Positions 36,664-45,624 of a stretch of DNA of 64,000 nucleotides are shown here, piece after piece. A program made the position numbers and the translations under genes. The notes beneath the pieces were generated by a model that saw only the letters and a program-made list of their open reading frames with translations, was not told the DNA's origin and searched no databases. How positions within the stretch are numbered: position 1 is the stretch's first letter; each line of letters begins with the position of its first letter. Location of the stretch: assembly GCA_014730165.1 (NCBI GenBank), contig WJIS01000022.1, forward strand, positions 14,396-78,395, read 5' to 3'. Source of the DNA: Promethearchaeota archaeon. Lineage in GTDB: Archaea > Asgardarchaeota > Lokiarchaeia > Sigyniarchaeales > SOKP01.

Positions 36664-37962
36664 TTAGAATACTTTTGGATAAAATTCTAAAGGATCCATC
36701 GCTTCCTTTAGTTTGAATTCTCCTTGAAGAATCATTTTTTTAAGCCTTTCTGCTAGTTTTATTGCTCCATTTCTATCAGATTGTCTTAAAACTACAGGTA
36801 TAGTTTTTTCATTTGTCATACCCTTCAGTTTTACTTTTACTGACTTCAAATCAATATCAAATGCATCTTCTGGACAAACATAATAACATGTTCCACAATT
36901 AAAACATCTTGATCTATCAATTCCTTTTTTCAAATCAAAAGCTCTTGTTGGGCATTTTCCATCTACAGGACAATCATCACAATCAACACATTTATCTGGA
37001 TAAAATTTTACAACAAAGTTTTTATGCCATACATCTCCATATGTGATCTCACCAACCTTAAATCTCCCAACTACATTTAAAACCGTTAAGGGAACTTCAT
37101 GATCCGATTTAACAATATTATTCCAAATTCCTTCATTTAAGATTGGTATAGGGACGGCTATTGAACAAATACTCTCCGGACCATAAGATGTTTTAAAAGA
37201 ACCCATAAATTCAGGATCCATTCCATTCATATCGGAAATTGTTTGAAGGTTCGGTTTTAATCTATCATTTCTAGTCCCAGGACCCATAATGTAACCAATT
37301 TGACCATTTACTAATATTTTTGTCCCAATACCTAATATCTCTGCATTAGGATCGTTTTGAAATGGATTCATTGCCCCACATCCAGAGAATGTAAGTTGAG
37401 AGAAATTTCCTTTAAGAGCTAATACAGAAAAAATAGTTTCGACATCTTTTTCGGTTGGGTTGACCATTGCAAAATAATTTCTAATTGCTTGACGTGTGCC
37501 CATAAGTCGAGCAAATTGAAAATCTTTTAAAGTAAGTGTTTTTTCTATTTGTATCCCTTCAACACTTTTTGCCTTTACATTTACTTCTTTTCCTTCGACT
37601 AAATCCCTGAAGAGCATTCCTCCTGAATAATCTTCTCGTGTCTCACTTTTTGCGGTTCCATAAAGAATTAGATCAATAATACCTAGAAATTCATTAGGAC
37701 ATGGTCCCGGAAACCCTTGTATCCCATTGATACTCACTTCAACAAATTTTCTAACCTTTTTTGGAGGCGAGAGTCTGAAAGAAAAAATCCCCGCAATTCC
37801 ACTCATTAAAGCTTTAGTAGCAGTTGTAATAACATCTACATCTTCAAAATTAATTTTTTCTCCTTTTTCAAGCTTATCAATTAATTCTTGAACGGTAAAA
37901 ATTCTTACAATTCCTTTCTCTATTTTAGAATTAATTTCTTTAAGAGTTCTTTTCTTAGCCAC
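36664..37962 (-). CDS. COG1900/DUF39 homocysteine-biosynthesis-type protein fused to a 2x[4Fe-4S] ferredoxin domain
   Basis: 432 aa. The N-terminus KEINSKIEKGIVRIFTVQELIDKL...VDVITTATKALMSGIAGIFSF matches the DUF39 pattern. The C-terminus has CVDCDDCPVDGKCP and CFNCGTCYYVCP. Confidence 0.65.
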   Translation of the reverse strand: MAKKRTLKEINSKIEKGIVRIFTVQELIDKLEKGEKINFEDVDVITTATKALMSGIAGIFSFRLSPPKKVRKFVEVSINGIQGFPGPCPNEFLGIIDLILYGTAKSETREDYSGGMLFRDLVEGKEVNVKAKSVEGIQIEKTLTLKDFQFARLMGTRQAIRNYFAMVNPTEKDVETIFSVLALKGNFSQLTFSGCGAMNPFQNDPNAEILGIGTKILVNGQIGYIMGPGTRNDRLKPNLQTISDMNGMDPEFMGSFKTSYGPESICSIAVPIPILNEGIWNNIVKSDHEVPLTVLNVVGRFKVGEITYGDVWHKNFVVKFYPDKCVDCDDCPVDGKCPTRAFDLKKGIDRSRCFNCGTCYYVCPEDAFDIDLKSVKVKLKGMTNEKTIPVVLRQSDRNGAIKLAERLKKMILQGEFKLKEAMDPLEFYPKVF

Positions 37963-38099
37963 AACAGAAACACTTAATATATTACTTAAGATATCATTCT
38001 TAATACTTAATAATAAATAAAATTTTATTATTATATTTATGATTAGAAATCTTAAAGATTTTTTTTAGGATTAAATAAATATTAAAGGTTTTAAACTCA

Positions 38100-38819
38100 T
38101 TGTCATACTTTGAATCAAGATTAAAAGTTAATCTCGAGAATTTGAAACAAATCAAGAGTATACTAAATTTTAGCAAACTTTTGGGGATAAATAATGTTAT
38201 TTTAGAACCAATTAGAGAGGTAAAGAAAATTAATCCAAAGATTAAATCTGAAATTCAAGATATGACCTCGCTAAATGTCTATTATCGGCATTGTCTACAA
38301 ATAAACAGTCTTAATCAATTTAAAAAGAAAATTAGAAATTATAGTAATTCTCGAGATATTGTTTCAATTGAAACCAATAATCAAGGAATTCAATTACAAG
38401 CGGTGAAAGATAGTAGAGTAGATGTTATCTCATATAGTAATCTTAAGTTATTGAAATCTTTATCGAAAGGGGTATTATCACTGGCTTCTCAAAATAGTAC
38501 TTTTATAGAAATAACATTAGATATGATATTTAATAAGAATAGATCTATTCAGTCAAAAACATTTCGAAAATTATATAATTCAATAAATTTAGTAATGAAT
38601 TCGAATTCTTGTCTAATTCTTTCTGGAAACTTCTCTGATTTATACGATTTTAGAAATCCAAGAGTTTTAATTAGTATCTGCAATACTCTATTTGATATCC
38701 CAATTCCCAAAGCCAAGAAATATTTTGATGATAACCCTAGATTATTAATAAAAAGTGTTTCTGATCGAAACAATAATCATATTTATGAAAAAGGAGTTAA
38801 ACTCATTAACGGAGATTAA
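38100..38819 (+). CDS. rnp3: RNase P protein component 3 (Rpp30-like)
   Basis: 239 aa with a TTG start. It lies 3 nt upstream of an unambiguous Pop5 gene, and Rpp30-Pop5 is a conserved archaeal pair. The sequence-level match alone is weak by eye. Confidence 0.55.
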   Translation: MSYFESRLKVNLENLKQIKSILNFSKLLGINNVILEPIREVKKINPKIKSEIQDMTSLNVYYRHCLQINSLNQFKKKIRNYSNSRDIVSIETNNQGIQLQAVKDSRVDVISYSNLKLLKSLSKGVLSLASQNSTFIEITLDMIFNKNRSIQSKTFRKLYNSINLVMNSNSCLILSGNFSDLYDFRNPRVLISICNTLFDIPIPKAKKYFDDNPRLLIKSVSDRNNNHIYEKGVKLINGD

Positions 38820-38822
38820 ATC

Positions 38823-39161
38823 ATGAAAATAAGGGAGAGGCAAAGATATATTATGTTTAAGATTATTAAAGATAAACAAACAACCTTCACAGAAGGAGAG
38901 TTTATTAGAAGATTATGGGATTCAGTCTGGCGATATTTTGGTATGGCTGCTTCTATAAAAGTGGGTTTATGGTTATTAGAATTAAATTTTGAAAGCTCGT
39001 ATGGAATCATTCGCTTTTCAAGTAATTCTAAAGAAATTATAATAAGTGCTTTAGGTTTAATTCGACATATCAACAATAAAAGGGTTATCTTATCCCCAAT
39101 TAAAACTTCTGGGACAATTAAATCGATTAGGAAAAGAATAGATGAAATGATAAAAAATTAA
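38823..39161 (+). CDS. rnp2: RNase P protein component 2 (Pop5)
   Basis: 112 aa. RQRYIMFKII...LWDSVWRYFGMAASIKVGLWLLELNFESSYGIIRFSSNSKEIIISALGLIRHINNKRVILSPIKTSGTIKSIRKR fits the Pop5 family pattern. Confidence 0.8.
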   Translation: MKIRERQRYIMFKIIKDKQTTFTEGEFIRRLWDSVWRYFGMAASIKVGLWLLELNFESSYGIIRFSSNSKEIIISALGLIRHINNKRVILSPIKTSGTIKSIRKRIDEMIKN

Positions 39162-39205
39162 TTAATAATAGTTTTTCATAAAAATTATAGTCTCTATGGA
39201 TAATT

Positions 39206-39661
39206 ATGAATAAAAAACTAAATAAAAATTTAACATCTGCAGAGGTTTGTTCAATTGAAAAATTGAAATGTAACATCCTCGGAAATTCATTAGAACATTA
39301 TAGAGATTTAGGTGATTATAAAAATATTTTAATAATAAAATCAATGAATCCTAAATATATACGTTTAACGTTGTATCCCATCAAAAGGGATAATATCACT
39401 AAAGTAACCATTATTGATAATAAGAACTCAGAAATTAAAATACAGAAGATAATGAATTCTTTTAAAGAATATGAGATTATCCATACATCGGGATTGACAT
39501 ATAAATCCAACAAAATTATCTATGAATGTTATTTCAATTTGGATATGTTTGATTTCAAAGATAAAGAGCTATCGAATTTTAAAAAGTTAATAAATAATAT
39601 TAATAAGAAATTAAAAGATATTATTGTTGAAGAAATAAGTATATCAAAGGATCAATATTGA
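39206..39661 (+). CDS. Hypothetical protein (151 aa)
   Basis: An ORF co-directional with rnp3-rnp2. I recognise no motif. Confidence 0.4.
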   Translation: MNKKLNKNLTSAEVCSIEKLKCNILGNSLEHYRDLGDYKNILIIKSMNPKYIRLTLYPIKRDNITKVTIIDNKNSEIKIQKIMNSFKEYEIIHTSGLTYKSNKIIYECYFNLDMFDFKDKELSNFKKLINNINKKLKDIIVEEISISKDQY

Positions 39662-39665
39662 GAAA

Positions 39666-40142
39666 ATGAGAGAATGGCAAGTTATATTAAATTATAATAA
39701 TGGAAAAAAAAAAGAAATAAAACTTTATGATGCTGAAAGATATTTTGATGGGTATTTAAAAATTAAAAGGCGTTATTTTAGCTCTTTAGTACAAAAAATA
39801 AAAACAACGCAGAACTACTTTATTGTAAAAGGAATTGAAAAAGTAATTTCTCCAAAGGAAAAGGATTGGACCGCAAATCCGTGGGTTTTATTATTAATTA
39901 AAGATTTTGAAAAAGATAAGTCTTTCTGGTTATTAATGAAGAGAGAAAAAGATCTTTCCGGTCTGGTAATTGCTATAGGTCCTAAGGAATTCGCTAAATA
40001 TAATAATAATAATTCTGAAGCAAAAAGAGAAATAATGAGAATATTTAATTATTTAATTGCCTATATGAATAAATTTAAGTGTGCTATAATTATTCCCAAT
40101 TATATAAAGAAAATTATTGTAGAGAATCCAACTGAAGATTAA
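39666..40142 (+). CDS. Hypothetical protein (158 aa)
   Basis: Starts 4 nt after the previous stop. I recognise no motif. Confidence 0.4.
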   Translation: MREWQVILNYNNGKKKEIKLYDAERYFDGYLKIKRRYFSSLVQKIKTTQNYFIVKGIEKVISPKEKDWTANPWVLLLIKDFEKDKSFWLLMKREKDLSGLVIAIGPKEFAKYNNNNSEAKREIMRIFNYLIAYMNKFKCAIIIPNYIKKIIVENPTED

Positions 40143-40370
40143 AACTATATATTTTATAGTAATCTCTTATTCTTTTTCTTTAAGTTATACTAGAAATTAT
40201 TATTAGTATTCAAATAATTTCAATTTTGTATTAATTTTTCTAATTTTTGAAATTTGATATTATTTTCTCTATATCTCTCAAATCGAAAGAAAAATATTTA
40301 ATTTTACTCTTAATTATCATCTATATCTTAAATATAATATAACGAAGAATTGAAAAGTGAATCATAACAC

Positions 40371-41198
40371 TTGAAGAGAAATTATACAAAAGCACTTTTA
40401 TTATCATTACCGTTAATATTTCTAACATTATTTATCCTTTCTCCGATTTCAAGGGCTGCTTCTCTAAGTATTGATCCCATTTCAGGAAAAGCACCAATAG
40501 TAGATGGATTAATAGACGTTAGCGCTGATGAATGGGAAGAAAGTATGTTTTATAATCTAAGTTTAAAAAGCAATGAAAATGATCCGGGATTACGAATTGA
40601 TTTAAAAGTAATGCAGATTGAAAAAAATCTTTATTTCCTAGTTCAATATGAGTTAGAATCCTCATATGTTGGAAATAATGAGATTATTGGACTTTTAATA
40701 TCTGAAAGTAGCTCAGAACTTATTGAAGACTTTAAAGATGCGAAAATAGTCAATATTTCAAATTTAAATAATTATACCTACTCAGATTATGACATAAACT
40801 CGAATTTTTTTATAAATGATATGTATTTGGACGGAGAAGGCGCTGCGACTAAAGAGTCAATTGATTCAGATATAATTAGATTTACTTTTGAATTTAAGCT
40901 ACCTATTAATGAAAGTCTAGTTGATGTAAATGATGAGGATGTTATTTTAGAATATGGATCGTCATACGCATTTAATATTAGTCATGGAAATACCCCAATA
41001 TATCCCCAAGGATTCATAAGGAGCAATATTATTACACTAAATTTATTAGAACATGAACAAATAACTCAACCATTAGATTTCGAATTGATTACTTTAGTAA
41101 CTTCTATAATAATATTTGGAATAGTTGGTGTGTTTTATGTCTTTTACTTGTATCGAATAATTTTGTTAAAAAACAAATTAGAGAGGATAAGATTATAA
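40371..41198 (+). CDS. Exported protein with signal peptide and C-terminal TM anchor (DOMON/CBM9-like N-terminal region, tentative)
   Basis: 275 aa with a TTG start. Signal-like ALLLSLPLIFLTLFILSPISRAAS. GKAPIVDGLIDVSADEWEES resembles DOMON/CBM9 openings. The C-terminus LITLVTSIIIFGIVGVFYVFYLY looks like a TM helix. Confidence 0.45.
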   Translation: MKRNYTKALLLSLPLIFLTLFILSPISRAASLSIDPISGKAPIVDGLIDVSADEWEESMFYNLSLKSNENDPGLRIDLKVMQIEKNLYFLVQYELESSYVGNNEIIGLLISESSSELIEDFKDAKIVNISNLNNYTYSDYDINSNFFINDMYLDGEGAATKESIDSDIIRFTFEFKLPINESLVDVNDEDVILEYGSSYAFNISHGNTPIYPQGFIRSNIITLNLLEHEQITQPLDFELITLVTSIIIFGIVGVFYVFYLYRIILLKNKLERIRL

Positions 41199-41608
41199 TG
41201 GCTAAATTCAGAAAGAAAACAATGAAAAACCGAAAAACAAAGAAGAGAAGATTAAATGAAGAATATGCTTATAGAACGGTTATTTCATCTGCTATCCTCG
41301 GAGGCGTTTTCTTTATCATTTCTCTATTCTTTAATATTGGAATAGTGAGTATTGCCTTTAACCAAAATACCTATTTGTTGATTGGAGATTTCTTTATAAA
41401 GTTTCTCTCGATTATTCTGTTCTTTTTATTTATGACTATTAGTATCGGAAATTACAAGGAATTAACCGGTAAGCCGGTTACTTGGAAAGAATTGGTTTTG
41501 TTAGTCATTTTCTCTTTAATTCAGGCTATCACAGATGGATTAGTTTTCGCATTTTCATTAATGGGAATCTTTATTTTAGTAATTTACCTATTCTTTCTTC
41601 AAGAGTAA
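41198..41608 (+). CDS. Small integral membrane protein (about 3 TM)
   Basis: 136 aa. The ATG overlaps the upstream TAA (TAATG). It has a basic N-terminus followed by three hydrophobic segments. Confidence 0.5.
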   Translation: MAKFRKKTMKNRKTKKRRLNEEYAYRTVISSAILGGVFFIISLFFNIGIVSIAFNQNTYLLIGDFFIKFLSIILFFLFMTISIGNYKELTGKPVTWKELVLLVIFSLIQAITDGLVFAFSLMGIFILVIYLFFLQE

Positions 41609-41629
41609 TCTAATGAAATTTTTTATTAT

Positions 41630-42376
41630 ATGAATTTTCTTTACATCGGTCATAGAGGAGAAAGATTTAATCATGATGAGAATACTTTTTCTGCATTTCA
41701 AAACGCAGTCAATTTTGGTGCAAATTGTTTAGAGCTTGATATCAGAATCACCAAGGATCAAAAACTAGTTGTTTTTCATGATGAAAATCTTGAAAGAATG
41801 ACTGGTTATGATATGAATATCTCAAATCTTAATTTCAATGATCTAAAAAAACTAAGAACTTCGAAAGAAAATCAAGAAATTCCTCTCCTTAGAGAAGTTC
41901 TTGATAGATACAATAATAATATCTTCTTAATGATCGAGTTAAAGGTTAGGGAAATTGAAGACAAGGTTATATTTCTATTAGAAAGTATATATAGTATGGA
42001 AAAAATAATTATAAGTGGAAGAGATTTACATCAATTAATCAAAACAAAAAAAAAAAGTCCTAAAATTTCCATATGTTATAATATTACGAAGGGTATTGGA
42101 CTCTCGTTATCAGATTTCTTAGATGACAATTTTAAATCGAAGAAATTAATAGGCATTGATATGATAAATTTACGTTCAACTTTTATTAATAAAGAATTTA
42201 TAGATCATTGTCATAAAAGAAAAATCAAAGCATTAGCATGGGATTTTATCGAATTAAAGGACCCGATTAAAATAATGAAGAAACTAGTTAATTTGGGAGT
42301 AAATGGGATATTATTTGATGATAAAAAAAACATTTCGATAATTAAAAAGTGGAATGAGAATAGAGGGCTTATCTAA
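41630..42376 (+). CDS. Glycerophosphodiester phosphodiesterase (GDPD family)
   Basis: 248 aa. IGHRGERFNHDENTFSAFQNAVNFGANCLELDIRITKDQKLVVFHDENLERMTG matches the GDPD signature. Confidence 0.85.
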   Translation: MNFLYIGHRGERFNHDENTFSAFQNAVNFGANCLELDIRITKDQKLVVFHDENLERMTGYDMNISNLNFNDLKKLRTSKENQEIPLLREVLDRYNNNIFLMIELKVREIEDKVIFLLESIYSMEKIIISGRDLHQLIKTKKKSPKISICYNITKGIGLSLSDFLDDNFKSKKLIGIDMINLRSTFINKEFIDHCHKRKIKALAWDFIELKDPIKIMKKLVNLGVNGILFDDKKNISIIKKWNENRGLI

Positions 42377-44412
42377 GAGTTCTTTAAAGTCGAAAATCCA
42401 TTTGGTAATTTAAGTATGATATCGTCCAAGGATAGTAATTCTACCCACTTTTTAAAATCATCAGAGGATTTATAAATAAATTGGTTTTTAATTTTTTTTG
42501 CTAATTCTCCTTTAGAATCACCTGAACGAGAAGGAATAATTCTAATATATAAATCGCTCATATTTTTTATCGCACTTATAGGACCTGCAATAATATTTGG
42601 GTAATAAACAAAATCATAATCTTCTACATTTGTCTCCATTTTAATAAATTTTAATCCAACCGCGAGTTCTGTTTTAGCATTTTTAATGAAATTTTTTTTT
42701 CCTTCAATCATAAATGAGCCTTTTTGAAGATATTCTCCATGAGGAGGACTTTTTGATACTTGCTCTGGGTTTACATAAAATATATCAGCTACCCCCCAGT
42801 TCTCTTTCCAAGCGATAGAATAGCTTGCTACAAAGTCAGCAGCCTCTTTTAATGTTTTTTCTGGAATCTTTTCTTTTTTTGGATTTTTAATAATAGATAA
42901 AGGGGAACCTGGGAATTTTGTATGTAATACAATATCATTTGGATTAAGATATTTTTTATAGATCGCCTCATTTGAGCTAGCATCCCTTCCTCCTATTACT
43001 AAATATCCATCAGATGACTTAAACCAATGATATTTTTCATACCATTTTTTTTCGGGTTTTTTAACCAAGAAATCGATTTTAGTTCCAAGGGTTTGCTTTT
43101 GCTCCTCTAAATTGGCAATTTTTCTTTTAGTTTTATCCATTGCTTCGTAAGTTCCCTTAATTTTTTTTTTTGCCTTTTTTCCCCTTGAGTAGATTTCATT
43201 GGCATTTTCTCCTATCGAAGTATTTATATCCAAATATATTTCATTATTATTAACCATGATTACTACTTGTTTTTGAGCGGGAATTAATTTTTTAAAATAT
43301 TCTGTACCATCAAGACCTTCTTCTTTAGCACATTTCAATTTTTCCTCTATTTCTTCCCATTTATATTCTTTTCTTCTCGCGTCCTTGATCACATGCAAGA
43401 GTTTTTCTAATGACTTGAAATTAGCATATATAAAATCTCCTTGCTGATAATATTGTTCTACTTTAACTTTTAATGATTCAATATATTCTTGTTGATTTTT
43501 CAAGATTTTTTTTTGAGCATCAATCTGATTTTTGATTTTATCATCTCCTGGCGTAATTAAGCGATTGGAGTCAACTTTTGAAAAATATTTATCAACAGCT
43601 TTATTAAATGAATCATAAAACTCTTTTTCATTTTTTTCAAATAATTCTAGATCAAAGGGTAAGACAGAAATTTCTGATTCCTCATCAAATACAATATGTG
43701 CTTTAATATCCTCAAACATAAGTTGATTCCTTAGATTCTTAAGAGAATCAAAAAGGAGGTCGATATCATCATCTGTTAAATTATTTCCTATGGTAGTTTT
43801 ATCTATATCAGCACGATAACAAATTTCTTCACTATATACTCCGGCAATATTTATGTTTCTTGCAATTGTTCTAACAATTTCATTCTCATTTGTTATTATA
43901 CTTTTGAAATCTTGCTGATTAAGAGTTAAAAAATTTTCTCCATAAGAATTTGGAAATTCATATTCTCGGTTAGCTAAAATGCTTCGGTTCCTCAATTTTA
44001 AATACCTTTTTGCTATTTTAACAATCCGATTTTCATCTAGCAAGATATAATTTCCTTTATTAAATAATTCTATAACTAGGTTCCATGAAGCACCATCAAA
44101 ATTACTAAGCTCAAAAACAACAATTCTATCAAAATTATATTGATATACCCGTAAAATTCTCCTATTTCTTAATAATTTTCTAAGAGAAATAATAAATTGA
44201 TTTGGATATTTGGGAATAGGATATTCATAATCGGTAAGATTCAACCTTGAATCCTTTTTGATAAGTAAATTCTTATTACCATTATGTGTATTTACTTTTA
44301 ATATCAATAAATCATCCACAGAATAAATATTGGATATAGTACCTTTTGATAAGAAGAGATCTAATTCCCGTACAATTGCGAATACATCGATATTTGTGAA
44401 ATCAGTTTTCAT
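42373..44412 (-). CDS. NFACT-family protein (Rqc2/NEMF/FbpA homolog, ribosome quality control)
   Basis: 679 aa. NFACT-N start FTNIDVFAIVRELDLFL..., a central coiled coil, and the NFACT-R/DUF814 motif HWFKSSDGYLVIGGRDASSNEAIYKKYLNPNDIVLHT. Confidence 0.85.
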   Translation of the reverse strand: MKTDFTNIDVFAIVRELDLFLSKGTISNIYSVDDLLILKVNTHNGNKNLLIKKDSRLNLTDYEYPIPKYPNQFIISLRKLLRNRRILRVYQYNFDRIVVFELSNFDGASWNLVIELFNKGNYILLDENRIVKIAKRYLKLRNRSILANREYEFPNSYGENFLTLNQQDFKSIITNENEIVRTIARNINIAGVYSEEICYRADIDKTTIGNNLTDDDIDLLFDSLKNLRNQLMFEDIKAHIVFDEESEISVLPFDLELFEKNEKEFYDSFNKAVDKYFSKVDSNRLITPGDDKIKNQIDAQKKILKNQQEYIESLKVKVEQYYQQGDFIYANFKSLEKLLHVIKDARRKEYKWEEIEEKLKCAKEEGLDGTEYFKKLIPAQKQVVIMVNNNEIYLDINTSIGENANEIYSRGKKAKKKIKGTYEAMDKTKRKIANLEEQKQTLGTKIDFLVKKPEKKWYEKYHWFKSSDGYLVIGGRDASSNEAIYKKYLNPNDIVLHTKFPGSPLSIIKNPKKEKIPEKTLKEAADFVASYSIAWKENWGVADIFYVNPEQVSKSPPHGEYLQKGSFMIEGKKNFIKNAKTELAVGLKFIKMETNVEDYDFVYYPNIIAGPISAIKNMSDLYIRIIPSRSGDSKGELAKKIKNQFIYKSSDDFKKWVELLSLDDIILKLPNGFSTLKNS

Positions 44413-44484
44413 ACTAGAATCATTTTAATAATTAAATTTAGAGACATAAGCATTTTATAATAATGAAAATTATAAATAATAATT

Positions 44485-44931
44485 ATGGTCAAAAAGAAGA
44501 AACTTAAGAAGATAGATATAAAAAAAAAAAGGAAACGATTAATTGAATTAAGAAGAGAAAAACTAGATGTTGATAAAAAAGAGAAGAAAGAACATCTTTC
44601 GGAATTTGACATTCGTTTAAATCGAGAAACGAAATTATATTGGATTCGAGCGATAACTGGTGCGATATTTGCATTGTTCGGGAGATTAATTGGATTTGTG
44701 GGATTTCTTCTATTCTTTTGGATGTTGATTTTCTGGTTTGGATTTCCCTTTATTGCTAGTTTCGGGATCTTCAAATATGAATATGATAAGGAAAATTGGA
44801 ATTGGAAGAATATAATAAAGCCCGGTCTTGGAATTTATTTCTTCCTATTCATGCTTGTTGGTACCATAACTCACACATTTTTGACCATGCTCAATTATCC
44901 GTTAAGATTGACGCTTTTTGGGCCTATTTAA
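44485..44931 (+). CDS. Small membrane protein with Lys-rich N-terminus
   Basis: 148 aa with 3 hydrophobic segments (AITGAIFALFGRLIGFVGFLLFFWMLIFWFGFPFIASFGIF, GLGIYFFLFMLVGTI). Preferred over the overlapping antisense ORF 44409..44774, which is the low-complexity complement of this one. Confidence 0.5.
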   Translation: MVKKKKLKKIDIKKKRKRLIELRREKLDVDKKEKKEHLSEFDIRLNRETKLYWIRAITGAIFALFGRLIGFVGFLLFFWMLIFWFGFPFIASFGIFKYEYDKENWNWKNIIKPGLGIYFFLFMLVGTITHTFLTMLNYPLRLTLFGPI

Positions 44932-44969
44932 GCTAAAAAAGAATTAATAGGATTATCCTGATAGAATGA

Positions 44970-45482
44970 TTATAAACTAATCTTTTGCTTTACTTTTTTG
45001 CTTCCCTTTTTTCTCCTGGATTTAAATTTAATTTCATCTAATTTGTAAATCCTATCACAATAAGCGCAGCGGATCTTCAATGGTTTCTCTTCGAGAACTA
45101 GAAACTCGGTATCTATAGGTTCTTTTTGAGAATTACTTACACAAGTTTTAGTTTCGCATACTATTAATTTTTTAATAATGCTGGGCATTTTTACTTTCTT
45201 TTTCTCAATAACATTAAAATCTTCGATTAAAGAGATAGTGGCATTGGGGGATAATATAGAAATTTGTTGCATTTGAATTTCATTTAGAAAAACATTTTCA
45301 ATCTTTACTATATCTTTTTTTCCGTATTTTTGGGAAGAGACATTGACTCCAATTGTCATTAAATTTGGAGATTCATCTAAGCCCGTTAGATTTAAGATTG
45401 TTAAGGCATAACCCGCGTCTATATGATCAATCACAGTTCCCTTTTGAATTCTATCAATTCGTAAATTTTCAGATTGAGACAT
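44970..45482 (-). CDS. pyrI: Aspartate carbamoyltransferase regulatory chain (PyrI)
   Basis: 170 aa. IQKGTVIDHIDAGYALTILNL, KDIVKIENVFL, Zn domain CETKTCVSN...CAYCDRIY. It has an extra Lys-rich C-terminal tail. Confidence 0.9.
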   Translation of the reverse strand: MSQSENLRIDRIQKGTVIDHIDAGYALTILNLTGLDESPNLMTIGVNVSSQKYGKKDIVKIENVFLNEIQMQQISILSPNATISLIEDFNVIEKKKVKMPSIIKKLIVCETKTCVSNSQKEPIDTEFLVLEEKPLKIRCAYCDRIYKLDEIKFKSRRKKGSKKVKQKISL

Positions 45483-45624
45483 AGTTATTCTCTATACATT
45501 ATTCGAATTAATTTTATATACTTTTCAATTATTATATTTTTAACCATTCTCAGTGAAATCTCTCAATCAATTATTGGTTATCAAAATTCTCTAAATGAGT
45601 TTTACCTCCAATTCTCACTTCTTC

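Noticed and set aside
44409-44774. A 121-aa minus-strand ORF whose stop overlaps the NFACT start as ATGA, which looked like an operon partner.
   Set aside because: Its sequence is the low-complexity complement (N/P/K-rich, then FFFISIFLSFFF) of the plus-strand ORF 44485..44931. That ORF has a coherent basic N-terminus and three TM segments, so I kept the plus-strand gene. This is a judgement call, not proven.
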